Origin: Phoronis australis
Taxonomy: Eukaryota; Animalia; Phoronida
Length of the DNA stretch: 64,000 bases
NCBI GenBank assembly: GCA_002633005.1
Contig: NMRA01000385.1
Location: 127,839-191,838, forward strand
Direction: 5' to 3'
A program made the position numbers and the translations under genes. Positions 36,801-46,400 of this stretch are shown here, piece by piece (positions within the stretch are counted from its first letter, which is position 1; each line of letters begins with the position of its first letter). The notes beneath the pieces were generated by a model. The model saw only the letters and a program-made list of their open reading frames with translations. It did no database searches and was not told the origin of the DNA.

Positions 36801-39462
36801 GGTTAAAGGGTATACCAGAGATAATTTATGTTAACTGTTCAGTGACACTGGGGCTTATGTTTTGTTTTAGATGTGCCTGTCTGTGTTTGAGTTCCACAAT
36901 GTATTAATTTCAATGAAGGGTTTTGACTTGAATCAGTAAACAATAAGCCATGGTATATTCCTAGATGATCATGGTCAGTCCACATGAGATTGCAAGTCCT
37001 TAAGTTTGATGTTCTGCTAAAGTTGTGAGCTTGGTCTCTGTGATAATTACAGTTTTTCATTCTGAAAACCAATATATTGACCTTGATGAATATGAATACT
37101 TGTATAAGGAGACACACTGAGCTAAACAGGTGAAAATCACTACAGTCTGTGAGAAAGGAAGGCTGGTTACTGAATTTCTTTCCTTTTGTGGTTTTTACAA
37201 ATCAGTTAGTTTATTCTTTATTTTATGTCAGTTTTACGACTACACTTCAGAATGACAAATGACAGCATCACATAAAGAACAGCATCAGATTTAAGTAAGA
37301 TTAAATTAAAAAGACTAAAAAATTTAGAGGTCTAAAAGAAATGAAATTAAGACCAATTAAGTTAAGGCTGCAAGACCTGATCAACAAGTCCGAACTTAAC
37401 CAAATATCTTCAAAACTGTGAATTTTTATTTCGGTTAAAGTTGAAAGTCTGTTGAGTTTAATTTTTCCCTTTATACCAATCTGCCATTAATTTGGTCACC
37501 TGTCTATGTGTATTTATTAAAATTTAGCAAAAAAGAAATGGATGTGCATTGGGATATAACAATATTAGGAACATTCCTAAATTTTGTTTCTTGTTAAGGT
37601 TCAAGAAAAAATCTTAAAAAGATTGCTACATTTTTTAAATTTTAATTTTTTATGCAAGTTTTGATTTTAATAAAAATCATCATTTATCTATTTTGATAGG
37701 CCCTTATGTAAAAGTAGAACATTTTAAAAACTATTGTTTACGTGTTAAAGAACAGTTCATTAAGGCACAGTAACTGAACATTTCATATGAATCCCATCAT
37801 TGTTATCAAGTTAATGAACCATATTTGAAAGAATTTTATTTAGAGTAGCTTTTAAACTGCCATGGTATATGTTCACCAGTATCACAAATACCGTGGTATA
37901 TGTATTTAAGACTTTCTGCCTTACTGTTGATTATGATTTGTCTAATAGACAAAAAACACAACACAGTGCAACTGTGAGCGACTTTCTCGACTAGCCTGTA
38001 CAAATAGGCCAGATAGTTGAAATTCCTGATTGCATGAAAACTCCAGTCGTCCTAACTGATTCACTCATTTTGTAGCCCCACTAATAGCCGAGATATAATT
38101 ATCAGGTGTACTATTTTCCCACTCAACATGATTGTTTGAATGTAGTGATGAGACACCAAACCTGTGAGAAGCCTGACTTTGTGACTGGAAAGTTGCATTT
38201 ATGATTGGCATATGTCCCGAATGATATATGGTACTTCGTGCATCGCAAGCTGGGTGCCAGAGATGAAACTAAGACCTGGATAGGCGATATAAGGTCATTT
38301 ATTACGACTAATACAATTACAAGTAAGGTCATTTATATGACACATACAATTATAAGTAAGGTAGTTATATGACTAATACAATACCAGTAATAGTTAGTGA
38401 CTAAACGTGAGTAAGGTAAAAAATACTAATCTCTGGTAAGATGGCGAATAAAAAGCGACCATTTCTCACACTTAAAACCTAAATTGTTCTAACCAGAATA
38501 AGGGGCTCGTAAATTTGCCAAAGGTTGTAAATGTGAATTTACACTGAAACCATGCAATCGTTACTTCAACTTTACTTTGGTCACAGTTTCTGAAGACAAC
38601 TTGTGAAGGTGCTAGCTATAAAAACAGTATCCGCTCTTCACCTTAAAAGTGCAGTATTGCATCTGCAGTAACATGCCTCTGACTCTCTGATATGTAGCCA
38701 CAACCAGACTCAAGTTGTTTGATAAAATGGGACACAGGAGAGAACAATAAAAATGATTTGTCACATAAATTCTATAACTAATGTTACTTGTATGTCACAG
38801 GACAACACTGTACTGAGGAATCTATCTTCTTTTGTCTTACTTGAAGAACTATGGGAAATGGCACATTATCTTTTCTATCCTTGACCAATTGTCTTGCATG
38901 TTTTAGGAATGAGGCTATTGAAGAGGAGGCAGAGATAGGTCAGTTGGACTTGCCAGCAGATTCTGTTGATAACTTACGTCGGCGATCACCCTCACCTGTG
39001 GCGTGGGAGGAGGGTGAGAATATCAAGGGGAGCCCGAGATCGATGAGAGAGCACACCCCACGTAGTTGGGAGAAGGGCGGCAGCCCACGTCCTAGCCCCA
39101 GTCCACGAGCTTCGCCGAAACTGCCACGCAACAAGGTGACACCATCCCCAGTTACGAGTAGGAAAGCATCACCTTTGGCACGAACCACACCTGTAGATAA
39201 TATAGGTCCGTCTCTCGCTGGTGACGGCAACACTTTAGATGGATCTGGCATGGCCAGTGGTACCAATAATCAAGTCAGTCGTCCCAGCAGCAGCCATCGC
39301 TGGAAAAAGGGCCCGAACGAACGTCGCACAAGCAAGTGGTTCGAACCTGCAATGCCTGGCGAGACCATGTACAATCACCCGGGCCTCAATGCCGGTCACC
39401 GTCGACGATCGTTGTCTATGGGTGACCTGTCGGCCATTCAGCGTGATTGGTCCGAGGTCTAG
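559..39462 (+). CDS. Gene 1 (5'-truncated by the window): giant type I transmembrane glycoprotein with mucin, FN3/Ig-like, cadherin-like, Cys-rich repeat, EGF, TM and cytoplasmic tail; 19 exons, ~1836 aa in window
   Basis: Exons joined by hand at AG/GT sites keep phase throughout. Their lengths sum to 5511 nt, which is divisible by 3, with no internal stop, ending at TAG 39460-39462. Confidence 0.85.
2188..2403 (+). CDS. Gene 1 exon (GFQHGNKTKVWFAKMW...ESITLT)
   Basis: Acceptor ttcaag|GT is weakish; donor CAG|gtgagt; phase 1->1; lies inside ORF 2046-2411. Confidence 0.75.
3401..3988 (+). CDS. Gene 1 exon, Cys cluster plus FN3/Ig-like module end (YFVIVKVESRSGL...GITVDVSPPVI)
   Basis: Acceptor tctcttccag|GT; donor TCTA|gtaagt; phase 1->1. 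Confidence 0.9.
4192..4744. mobile_element. MITE, probably PIF/Harbinger (Tourist-like)
   Basis: ~40-bp TIRs GGGCTGTTCCAGTAAAATCTGTATGGGAGGGGGGAAGGC / GCCTTCCCCCCTCGCACACAGATTTTACTGTAACAGCCT, flanked on both sides by TGA (4189-4191, 4745-4747), a 3-bp TSD. Confidence 0.8.
5161..5402 (+). CDS. Gene 1 exon, FN3-like module (GDYYVALRATNVAGLSSVRSCVLT)
   Basis: Acceptor tttttaag|GC; donor ACA|gtgagt; phase 1->0. Confidence 0.9.
5370..5726 (+). repeat. Minisatellite, 7 x 51 bp, spanning the exon end and splice donor
   Basis: Unit TGGCTGAGTAGTGTKAGATYRTGTGYTTTAACAGTGAGTAAAATATTTCTA starts at 5370, 5421, 5472, 5523, 5574, 5625 and 5676. Confidence 0.97.
6746..6899 (+). CDS. Gene 1 exon (LNTIAPNVTEVAVDMPG...KSVKWV); missed by the ORF track
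   Basis: Acceptor ttttcag|TTG; donor GTTG|gtgagt; phase 0->1; open frame. Confidence 0.85.
7075..8080 (+). mobile_element. Non-autonomous Helentron-associated element (HINE/DINE-1-like) with internal ~180-bp repeats
   Basis: 11-bp sub-terminal inverted repeat ATGCGCCCACA (7080-7090) / TGTGGGCGCAT (8043-8053); 5' palindrome CCACATAT-TT-ATATGTGG; GTCC microsatellite-like tract; 3' hairpin CAATGC-TCC-GCGTTG followed by T-rich sequence. Confidence 0.75.
8170..8283 (+). CDS. Gene 1 exon (ELEVDMLDSANREFLPKAKIG...KICSD)
   Basis: Acceptor gtttcag|AA; donor GATG|gtatga; phase 1->1. Confidence 0.85.
9419..9610 (+). CDS. Gene 1 exon (GFACDQKLSDL...LAKICVK)
   Basis: Acceptor tttgccag|GC; donor AAAA|gtaagg; phase 1->1. 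Confidence 0.85.
10880..11208. mobile_element. Possible degenerate Kolobok-like MITE
   Basis: TTAA|AGCGGCTGTGAACC ... GGTTCATGGCATCT|TTAA: imperfect TIRs with TTAA flanks. Confidence 0.35.
11265..11357 (+). CDS. Gene 1 exon with furin-type RVKR site (RPNDTIISLGSSRVKRSVQSINIANGTILAQ)
   Basis: Acceptor ctttcag|GA; donor CAAG|gtagat; phase 1->1. Confidence 0.85.
11657..11804 (+). CDS. Gene 1 exon (GTGGVIYGELSEADLQSSYG...HSRRMMR)
   Basis: Acceptor ctatccag|GT; donor AGACG|gtattt; phase 1->2. Confidence 0.85.
13324..13460 (+). CDS. Gene 1 exon (RVYKVVKSMFLSGTPG...VLLYNDP)
   Basis: Acceptor cttttcag|A; donor CCAG|gtaaga; phase 2->1. Confidence 0.9.
15079..15182 (+). CDS. Gene 1 exon (GDGGGKVKEACESCQTCTKNYQMHINWNQSTISVK)
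   Basis: Acceptor tattccag|GT; donor AAA|gtatgt; phase 1->0. Confidence 0.85.
15989..16310. repeat. Degenerate tandem repeat, ~80-bp unit, ~4 copies
   Basis: Recurrent AATGCCCATGTGGCTGGCATACCC...GGGGA...AACCC motif at about 16052, 16137, 16184 and 16261. Confidence 0.75.
17059..17217 (+). CDS. Gene 1 exon with furin-type RRKR site (LCDSWTKPGSTLPSKARRKRNVAVDF...NDKPYLTNAQ)
   Basis: Acceptor cttttag|CTA; donor CAG|gtatgt; phase 0->0; 53 open codons. Confidence 0.88.
17975..18188 (+). CDS. Gene 1 exon, cadherin-like/bacterial-type Ig module (VYEDFEASITLEYKDTEGD...PPHG...YKPYKDFASDD)
   Basis: Acceptor cccgcag|AAT; donor AGTG|gtacgt; phase 0->1. Confidence 0.9.
18850..18992 (+). CDS. Gene 1 exon with cadherin-type linker (ISIHLVNDNDEPIL)
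   Basis: Acceptor ttgcag|AC; donor GAT|gtgagt; phase 1->0; xNDxP Ca-binding linker motif. Confidence 0.88.
19544..19847 (+). CDS. Gene 1 exon, second cadherin-like module (VIVENE...IYDVD...AKDQDD)
   Basis: Acceptor gtttcag|GTC; donor GGAG|gtttgt; phase 0->1; EN, DxD and AxD motifs. Confidence 0.88.
20820..22226 (+). CDS. Gene 1 large exon: split EGF-like domain containing the Cys-rich tandem array
   Basis: Acceptor ttacag|GC; donor ACTG|gtaaga; phase 1->1; lies inside the 487-aa ORF. Confidence 0.95.
21026..22020 (+). repeat. Coding tandem repeat, 4 units of 246-264 bp (~82 aa, 18 Cys each)
   Basis: CI[QK]GNCS..CDFGNCTGC starts at 21026, 21290, 21536 and 21782; units 2 and 3 are nearly identical at DNA level. 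Confidence 0.95.
23596..23742 (+). repeat. Dispersed repeat family A, copy 1
   Basis: Shared core CCAGAGATAAAAAGGAGACTG..TAGGCAATATAAGGTCATTTATTACGACT...TAATCTCTG..AAGRTGGGCAATAAA also found at ~38215-38460 and ~60415-60567. Confidence 0.75.
24914..25136 (+). CDS. Gene 1 exon: EGF-like (EVDECASNPCPNYHKCVDHLAYYEC), transmembrane helix and stop-transfer RRR
   Basis: Acceptor ttttgtag|GT; donor AGACG|gtacgt; phase 1->2; hydrophobic run VGVLGVILLVVIIVATVALC followed by RRR. Confidence 0.92.
25563..27053. mobile_element. Non-autonomous DNA transposon with ~150-bp TIRs
   Basis: GGTGAGAAACAACATGACCACCGGTCCTCTAAAT... at 25563 is mirrored by ...ATTTAGAGGACCGGTGGTCATGTTGTTTCTCACC ending at 27053; no transposase ORF inside. 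Confidence 0.85.
27749..27848 (-). mobile_element. tRNA-derived SINE head, copy 1
   Basis: The minus strand has an A-box-like TGGCCAAGTGTG and a B-box-like GGTTCCAGTCCC; homologous to 44003-44103. Confidence 0.65.
28274..28324 (+). CDS. Candidate optional 51-nt symmetric exon of gene 1 (HIPRKVADCTKLSESD)
   Basis: Acceptor gtttgttttag|G; donor TTC|gtaagt; open in phase 2->2, matching both flanking exons. Confidence 0.45.
29341..29585 (+). repeat. Dispersed repeat family B, copy 1
   Basis: ~240 bp colinear with 35031-35275, sharing e.g. GCTGACG..GCAAGTAGAACTAC, CACATTGGTGTAGA and ATACCAACTCC.GAC.GTCTCTCAC. Confidence 0.85.
29636..29744. repeat. Short hairpin/palindromic element with ~40-bp arms
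   Basis: GCACAAACTTTAAAATTAGGGTG...AACAGAGACAT vs ATGTCTCTGTT...CACCCTAATTTAAAGTTTGTGC. Confidence 0.8.
29960..30570 (+). mobile_element. Degraded relative of the 7075-8080 element
   Basis: Same CC(C/A)CTAGTGGCAA(T/C)TT motifs at about 29995, 30125 and 30538, plus GATGGATC and GAAATTT blocks. Confidence 0.5.
30988..31218 (+). CDS. Gene 1 cytoplasmic exon (NSSGSSSVSLTH...GYDNETYED...KKGK)
   Basis: Acceptor ctgacag|G; donor AAAAT|gtgagt; phase 2->2. Confidence 0.88.
31935..32597. other. Assembly gap (N run)
   Basis: Run of N. Confidence 1.
33870..34480 (+). mobile_element. Probable degraded HINE-like/satellite-bearing element
   Basis: Recurrent GGGCAACT(A/C)CAGG..CC..TCAGTTTTGGT and TTTTCAAGGTCA(C/T)AG units at about 33975, 34135, 34270 and 34420. 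Confidence 0.45.
35031..35275 (+). repeat. Dispersed repeat family B, copy 2
   Basis: Colinear with 29341-29585. Confidence 0.85.
38215..38460 (+). repeat. Dispersed repeat family A, copy 2 (with an internal tandem expansion)
   Basis: Homologous to 23596-23742; TAAGGTCATTT/ATACAATTA sub-repeats. Confidence 0.7.
38907..39462 (+). CDS. Gene 1 terminal exon, Ser/Pro/Arg-rich tail ending ...RRRSLSMGDLSAIQRDWSEV*
   Basis: Acceptor gttttag|G in phase 2; GC-richer than the flanks; stop TAG 39460-39462. Confidence 0.9.
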
Positions 39463-41084
39463 CGTTTAACTCAAGCCGCTTGGAATATGCACTCAATTCC
39501 CTGTTCAGTGTGAAACGTGTTTTTTTTAATTCACTTATAGCACAGGTTTTGGTCCATGGTATTGTATTATTATCTGAATGATAAACAAGCTTAGTGGGTT
39601 TAGGACCCCTTTTTATTAAGCACTTTTTATGAATTGATAACTTGACAACTTCCTCTTGTCATCAGGCCAACACTCAAACTTATACTAAAGAAAATTTTTA
39701 ATTAATGAAGCAGGGAGTCTTGTCCAAAACCATATCATTTTGGGTAAAATTGCAACTTTGGCACCATTTAACTTCTTTCAAACAATAGAAGTGAAACTGT
39801 GCCGTTCCTTAAGTTTATCTTCGTAGAATCCCATTAGGATGGAAGTGCTGGAAATCTAGGAAACTTTTAAGGAGTCTGCACCAAAACACTTTTTGTGAGA
39901 CAATACAGTTGGAGAGGAGTGTAGCTTTGGAGATAGTTTTGGCAAAAGGTACCTTTTTAACTCCTACCAAAGGCTTTTAGAGATTTTTTTAATTTTTAAA
40001 TTATGTAATTGTCTTTGATTTTTTATTTCTACTGTTTTCATATTCTAGGTATTGTTTTTGTATTGTCAAAAGGTAACTTAAAGGTATACTTCTGTGATTA
40101 AATACTCAAAATTTGTGATTTGATATGATTAATTTTGTATTTGAAAGACGATCTTGAAACAAGGCCATGGTGAATTTATCAACTAGTGTACTTATCCGTC
40201 ATATCTGAAATTGATCATGGGCCAGTTTCCTGAAAAAGGACTCAGATGCAGCTAAGGTAAGATTGAAGAAGAAAATTTACTAAAGAACACTAAGTCCGTT
40301 TTTTGGTCTTTGGTATTTAAGTAAGACAGGTGAGCATACAAACTGCACTTTTGCCACCTGTTGCTAATTCATAAAATTAAACAAGGCGGTTTCAAGAATA
40401 ATCGTGATCTTGACACTTCGAATGGGGATTAATTTCACAACACCATGGTCACACTTTGGGTTTTGTTAATATGAAAATACCCAGTTAAGTCTCTGTGAGT
40501 TTAGGCCTTAGCCGTTTTGCCAGTTCTCGAATCGAAAACAGACGATCTTCAATTTGAAAATGTTTAGGGAAATTAGATTGCAAACTATATCAACGAAATT
40601 TGTTTCTCGACCGATTACAGTGATGCGAGTCGTAATTGAGACCAAACATCCAATCGTACTCCTTAGCAGAAGGACTTTCGGTCGTAGCTTAGACGGATTT
40701 CAGTCTAACAGTCTTGAGGAATTTCATGACTAAAGTGGGACTGCAACATTTTTGTCTAATGTTTGCTAAGTTAAAACCGAAAAACAGTTTACCGGAAGGG
40801 TTTTTTTTCTGGGAATGTTGCCAGTGCCATACAACAGCATCCCATTTGTGAAATGGTGCTTCATTGCGATTTTGAGCCCAATCTAAATTTGGCGACCACA
40901 GAGACTGACAAAGTTCGAAAAAGCGTGGGAGTATATCTTTAATCCGTTACAATATGACTTTACACCTAAGATGATTGTGCCGCTCAGAACTATGGCCAGT
41001 GAGCAAGTAAGTTGCTAGTTCGTGTCTGCAACTTAAAACCATTATGTGCTGAGGACTTCCGAGTTCATTAGTTTTTGAGGACTT

Positions 41085-41116
41085 AGGTTAGGGTTGGGAT
41101 TAGGGTTAAGGTTAGG
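41085..41116 (+). repeat. Short degenerate (TTAGGG)n tract
   Basis: TTAGGTTAGGGTTGGGATTAGGGTTAAGGTTAGG. Confidence 0.6.
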
Positions 41117-41338
41117 CAGGAAAGGTATACAGATGTTTTTAAGTTTGTAGTTCTTTCTGGAGATTTAACCAATTTGTGGTTGACTAATTTTGTCAAGACT
41201 ATATGGTGTGGAAATACAATTTGGAATCTAACATAAATGCTTTACTAATTAAAGTTGTTTTGGGACAAGTTTTCATTGAATGTTTCTTTTACCTATTACA
41301 CTAATGAATGGTTGAGGTGAACTCACATATTTTGTTTT

Positions 41339-41344
41339 AATAAA
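41339..41344 (+). terminator. Candidate polyadenylation signal of gene 1
   Basis: AATAAA about 1.9 kb after the stop, following an AT-rich UTR-like stretch; not verified. Confidence 0.35.
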
Positions 41345-41816
41345 GCGTGGTTTATACATAAAGTAAACTTAGTTATTTTCTGCACTACTTATCTGCGCAC
41401 ATATGATTGGTCATTTCACAACGTGTTTTTAAACACCAGGGGCGTGTTTGTTACAACCACGTATTGAAGCTAACCAGGTGGTCAAATTACATTCGGTGGG
41501 AAAGTTCTGTGGGTATACTCGTGATGTGAATTTAAAATTAGCATAACCAATAATTTATAGCGTGGGTTTGAAAAAGAGAGACGCGTTTGATGGGACCTTC
41601 TTTGAACCAGGGCTTTTTAAAATTATCACCAATTCAGAGCGTGGACTTGAAAAAGAAACACACCGGTTTGCTGGCCAAATACAGTACATTTCAACCAGCA
41701 GAGTTCGACTCATTCTTCCGTATGAGCTCATATATGTTATTAGCGACGGAGGATTTGTAAACGCTCGTATTATGATGAATAAGTTTTTATTTCGTCTGCG
41801 TTTCAAAAATGGATCT

Positions 41817-42487
41817 CAGTGGCGGCTCTAGGACATCACAAGGGGCGCCCACCATTTTGTCTGTAAGCATTTGCGCAAACCACGATTGTAGATGCACATA
41901 GCACCGAATGAGGGGAAGGTCGGGAGGGGGGTTTGCCCCCCCCCTCCCTCCCAGGAAATTTTTCTGTTTTTTCCTTTAAAAATCAAGCATTTTCCTTGAT
42001 TCCTGAAGAATTATCCAAGAAAAAAACACTGAGAACGTGTCAAACAGGGAAAACTGCAAAGTACCACAGCCTCAAACTCACGAACTGGCGGATAGAGCGC
42101 GCGTGCTTTACCACTACACCACCACGATTTAACTCCTAACTTAATATTAAGAGACCTACTTGTTTATGGTCCACAGCGTTTGCGCGCGAAACCTACTTCT
42201 TTTTGTAATGTTTATTTTACTTTATATTTTGTCCAATCGGTTCGTAAAATGAAGTAATTTTCTTCATTGCACACACCGGCGCTTGAGTGTATCTGTTCCT
42301 CGACGGCAAATGACGTCACTCAATACTATGTTTCATATAATTATATGATTATGAGTCATCGGGAAATTCGAGCGCCTGTGATTGCACAGTGGAGCAGACT
42401 CAACATTTCTCTACGCTCTTGCTGTTTTATTTTTTTGCGGCAGCCAAGGGGGGGGGCACCTGGCCCCCTCCCCTAAATCTGCCTTTG
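41817..42487 (+). mobile_element. CAGTGGCGG-type TIR element, copy 1 (internally deleted), upstream of gene 2
   Basis: Ends CAGTGGCGGCTCTAGG / CCTAAATCTGCCTTTG; interior colinear with 52514-53531. Confidence 0.8.
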
Positions 42488-43250
42488 TTAATTCCGGGCA
42501 TAACAGTGTTGGTCTTCGTTCTTAAACAACCTGAGGCTGCTGTCACGCGATCATATGATATTCAAGTGTTTGGTTTTTACGGTGGCCGTCGTTGATCCCC
42601 TGTATACTCACTACACTTTTTCGTTGTATAAAACTTTTTGTATGCTAAAAATCGGTTTGTGCAAACAGATGTTCCAACTAACTTGCTGGTAGCGTGACTC
42701 ATACCCAGATGTGCACAAATATGTTTTTACGGAACTTATGAGCCGAGTTCACGAGACGAAATCAAGAAGCCGGGTTTTAAATCATCTTAAGAAAAATCCC
42801 AGAAACACGTTAACTGCCACAAACTCGCCAAAATGGATTGGAAAGTGTACTATTTGGCTCCAAATTATCTTACACGGAAGGGAGGGAATCCCCCTAACTG
42901 AAAAAGTATATCTGCCACTGGCCTTACTGCACATGTCTTACAAAGCTCGTTATTTACGTCATAAAAAATAAAAGGCTAGCCTCCCCGAAGAACACTATTA
43001 TAATCAAAAGCATTACCTTCACTACAGCAGCCTATTGCGTCAACTGTTAAGTAATTCCGCTATCTTTGTTGAGTGACAAGCTCCGTTGCTATTCATCCTT
43101 GGCAATCAAGCGTAAGAATACACCAATGGCTGGGGAACAATTTGCAGATTGACGTAGCCAGATCTAGCAGCTTTTTTGGAGAACTGCCGGTCACCGACAA
43201 ACGTAGATTGGAAGATTAAATTTGAGAATTTTATCGGCAATTTGATCGCC

Positions 43251-43418
43251 ATGAAATCGGTGATCGTGATCTGTTCGCTTTTCATCTTACTTTATGGTGT
43301 AAAAGGCGGCATCGGATTATCTCCTCACGTGCGGTTTTTGCCCGGGATAGATTACCACTACACCTACAAATCTGACTCGGACGTACTCGGCGCACAGAAC
43401 GTGACCCATATCATCAAG
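43251..43418 (+). CDS. Gene 2 first coding exon: signal peptide MKSVIVICSLFILLYGVKG plus RFLPGIDYHYTYKSDSDV...IIK
   Basis: GCCATG Kozak-like context; hydrophobic leader; donor AAG|gtaact; phase 0. Confidence 0.85.
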
Positions 43419-46400
43419 GTAACTAGTCGTAAATGTTGTTTTCATCAGTTCCATTTCGTTCATTGTTAATTGATATTTGTTAATTGTCTTTAATGACACT
43501 CTTGCGTGATGGGAGGCGGCGCCCTCGACGTATATCAGGGTTTTCACGCGTTAAAAAATCCAAAGGTTCAAGTTTTATGAAAGTATTATGAGGTTAACTT
43601 GGTACATGATTGAGTGAAGATTATTTCACCTGCTAGAAATAAATAACGTTTTTATGAACCAATGTGTTACGGTATTATTATTATTATACGCGTGTAACTC
43701 GCTGGGCCAACAACAAAAACAAGAGCAACATCTAATGTGCGTGTGGATGCGCTACACATTGAAGAAGTTTACTTGACGATACTCAGTGCACAAGCTTTGC
43801 ATCGAGGTTGGTCGTCTTAATCGTGTATCCAGAGATGATAGAATCTGTGAAATTTGCAATGTGGGAGTGATTAATAAAAAATAATTGCAGTCTGATACAT
43901 GTACCAGACGTGCGCAGGCCGCGCATGTGGGCCCAATGCACTGATGACCCGGAACGATTTTTATGCCTTACTAATGTATTGTTAAAATCGAGCTGAGGAC
44001 CTAGAAACCTGACTCAATGGTTTAGCAGTTTGAACTAGTGGGACTCGAACCCACGACCTAGAGTAAAGAAAGCAGGCACCTATCACACTGGGCCACACTG
44101 CCTGTGGGAGTGGCTGGAGAGGAGATACATTTTATTTGTCAGTGCCCAGTTCTCGAGGAGCTCAGAGAAAATTTGTTGCCCGAGATATACCAAGCTGGTA
44201 CACCGACCAAGCAGAGGGGACACTGCCGTTGGACGTCGAAGTGGGTGGGGAGCATCATCTGAGAACTGTGAAACAACTGGATGGGATAATAAAGAAGCTG
44301 GAAATTTGGGGACGAGAACTTTTTTCATTTAGTATTAGCTCTGCAAAAATCAATTTCATTTTAGAAAACACATTTTATCTCCATGCAACCTATGAAAAAG
44401 TTATTTGCGCGATAACATCTTATGGACAAATATTTTCAATGTTTTTAGATATGTTCTATTTCATTTCCACTTTACAGGGTACAAGTCAAATGTCATGGTA
44501 ATATACAAGCACAAGCATGTGTACTTTTTACTGCTATAAAATACAATGGTCTGTGATATCAAAAACATCAAAATAAAATTACCCTCGACAGTCACAGAGT
44601 TGGTTTATAAGCCTCCTATGGTCAATGACTCACGACCTAACTACAAATTTACGTAACATTTTGAACAATCGGGAATGAGATGTTTTAATGCTAACAACCT
44701 GAGTTCGACGACCGTTCATTCTCGTCTAAAGAAAGGAGACACAAGAATAGGCTACAATTCATATTCTTTGCCCTCAGTCTTGACGACGTTGTTGTTGGGG
44801 GTCGTTCGGAGTGTAACGTACTCGCTGATACGCAAACATGAAAATAACATATAAGTGTTACGTTATGCAGGAGCCTAGAAAAGTGACCACACCTGACTAA
44901 CATCAAAATATCGTATCTATAAAACTTTCGGATACTATGCTTTATGCACTGTTCTGTGAAACGCTGTTGGGAATTGTGTTTCACTTTCGAATGAGGGGCT
45001 ATCGAAAATAAGACTTATGAATGTGTATGAAAAATTTCAAAAAGTCGCATAAAACGAAGAAAAGATCAAAGAAATGGTTTTTAAGCTTCTCATGGACAAT
45101 GATGTAGGGCCTAACTACAAATTTACATAAGTTTTGAACAATCGTGAAAAGGAAGTTGTACACGAAGTGATGGTTTTAACAGCGTTTTTTTATTCATATT
45201 GGACATTTATATGTGAAACGAAATTTGATTGAATCATTCATAAATTTCCATTTGCTACCCTTCTTTTTGCTAAAAAGGCACGGGCACGAGACCCAGTGGT
45301 TGGCTTTGGTATTAAGTCAAAAACCAAATTCTACTTCAGAAAATACTTAGTTAAATTATCCAGTTTTGTACGGTAAAGTCGCGTGATTTTCGGACACTGA
45401 AAATTAATTCCAATAGAAAAAATTCATTCTTGGACGAATCTCGCGAAATATCATTTTGTGGTGTCCGAATTTGGCGGGCCTCCAAATTTGGGTTTCCGCT
45501 AGTGTTCGATTCGTGGGTGTACATTATTTCGATGAGCGGTCGTAGTATCAACAATGCTGGCTCGGTCATTTGATAGCAGTATAATTGCAGGTAAATGAGA
45601 CTCAAATGGTCTGAGCGATTAATTTTTGAAAATCTGGCTTTCCCAATAAGAAATGTGCGTCGTCGACGCACAAAGACCGTTCCCAACAAGTGTTGGTTCT
45701 TCTTTTCAAAGATGTGCTTTCTCAATATGAAATATTCGGCTTGCATTGCCGATGCTCAAAAACCGTTCTCGGCAAGAGACGGAATCTTTTCAAAACTGCG
45801 CTATCTCACTTGAAATATCGGCCGGGCTGCGTTGTNNNNNNNNNNNNNNNNNNNNNNNNNNNNNNNNNNNNNNNNNNNNNNNNNNNNNNNNNNNNNNNNN
45901 NNNNNNNNNNNNNNNNNNNNNNNNNNNNNNNNNNNNNNNNNNNNNNNNNNNNNNNNNNNNNNNNNNNNNNNNNNNNNNNNNNNNNNNNNNNNNNNNNNNN
46001 NNNNNNNNNNNNNNNNNNNNNNNNNNNNNNNNNNNNNNNNNNNNNNNNNNNNNNNNNNNNNNNNNNNNNNNNNNNNNNNNNNNNNNNNNNNNNNNNNNNN
46101 NNNNNNNNNNNNNNNNNNNNNNNNNNNNNNNNNNNNNNNNNNNNNNNNNNNNNNNNNNNNNNNNNNNNNNNNNNNNNNNNNNNNNNNNNNNNNNNNNNNN
46201 NNNNNNNNNNNNNNNNNNNNNNNNNNNNNNNNNNNNNNNNNNNNNNNNNNNNNNNNNNNNNNNNNNNNNNNNNNNNNNNNNNNNNNNNNNNNNNNNNNNN
46301 NNNNNNNNNNNNNNNNNNNNNNNNNNNNNNNNNNNNNNNNNNNNNNNNNNNNNNNNNNNNNNNNNNNNNNNNNNNNNNNNNNNNNNNNNNNNNNNNNNNN

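Noticed and set aside
41085-41116. Interstitial telomere or fusion site
   Set aside because: Only ~5 degenerate units in one orientation; such tracts are common inside repeats.
44003-44103. Functional tRNA gene
   Set aside because: A/B boxes are present but I could not build a full cloverleaf, and a diverged second copy with a shared non-tRNA tail indicates a SINE.
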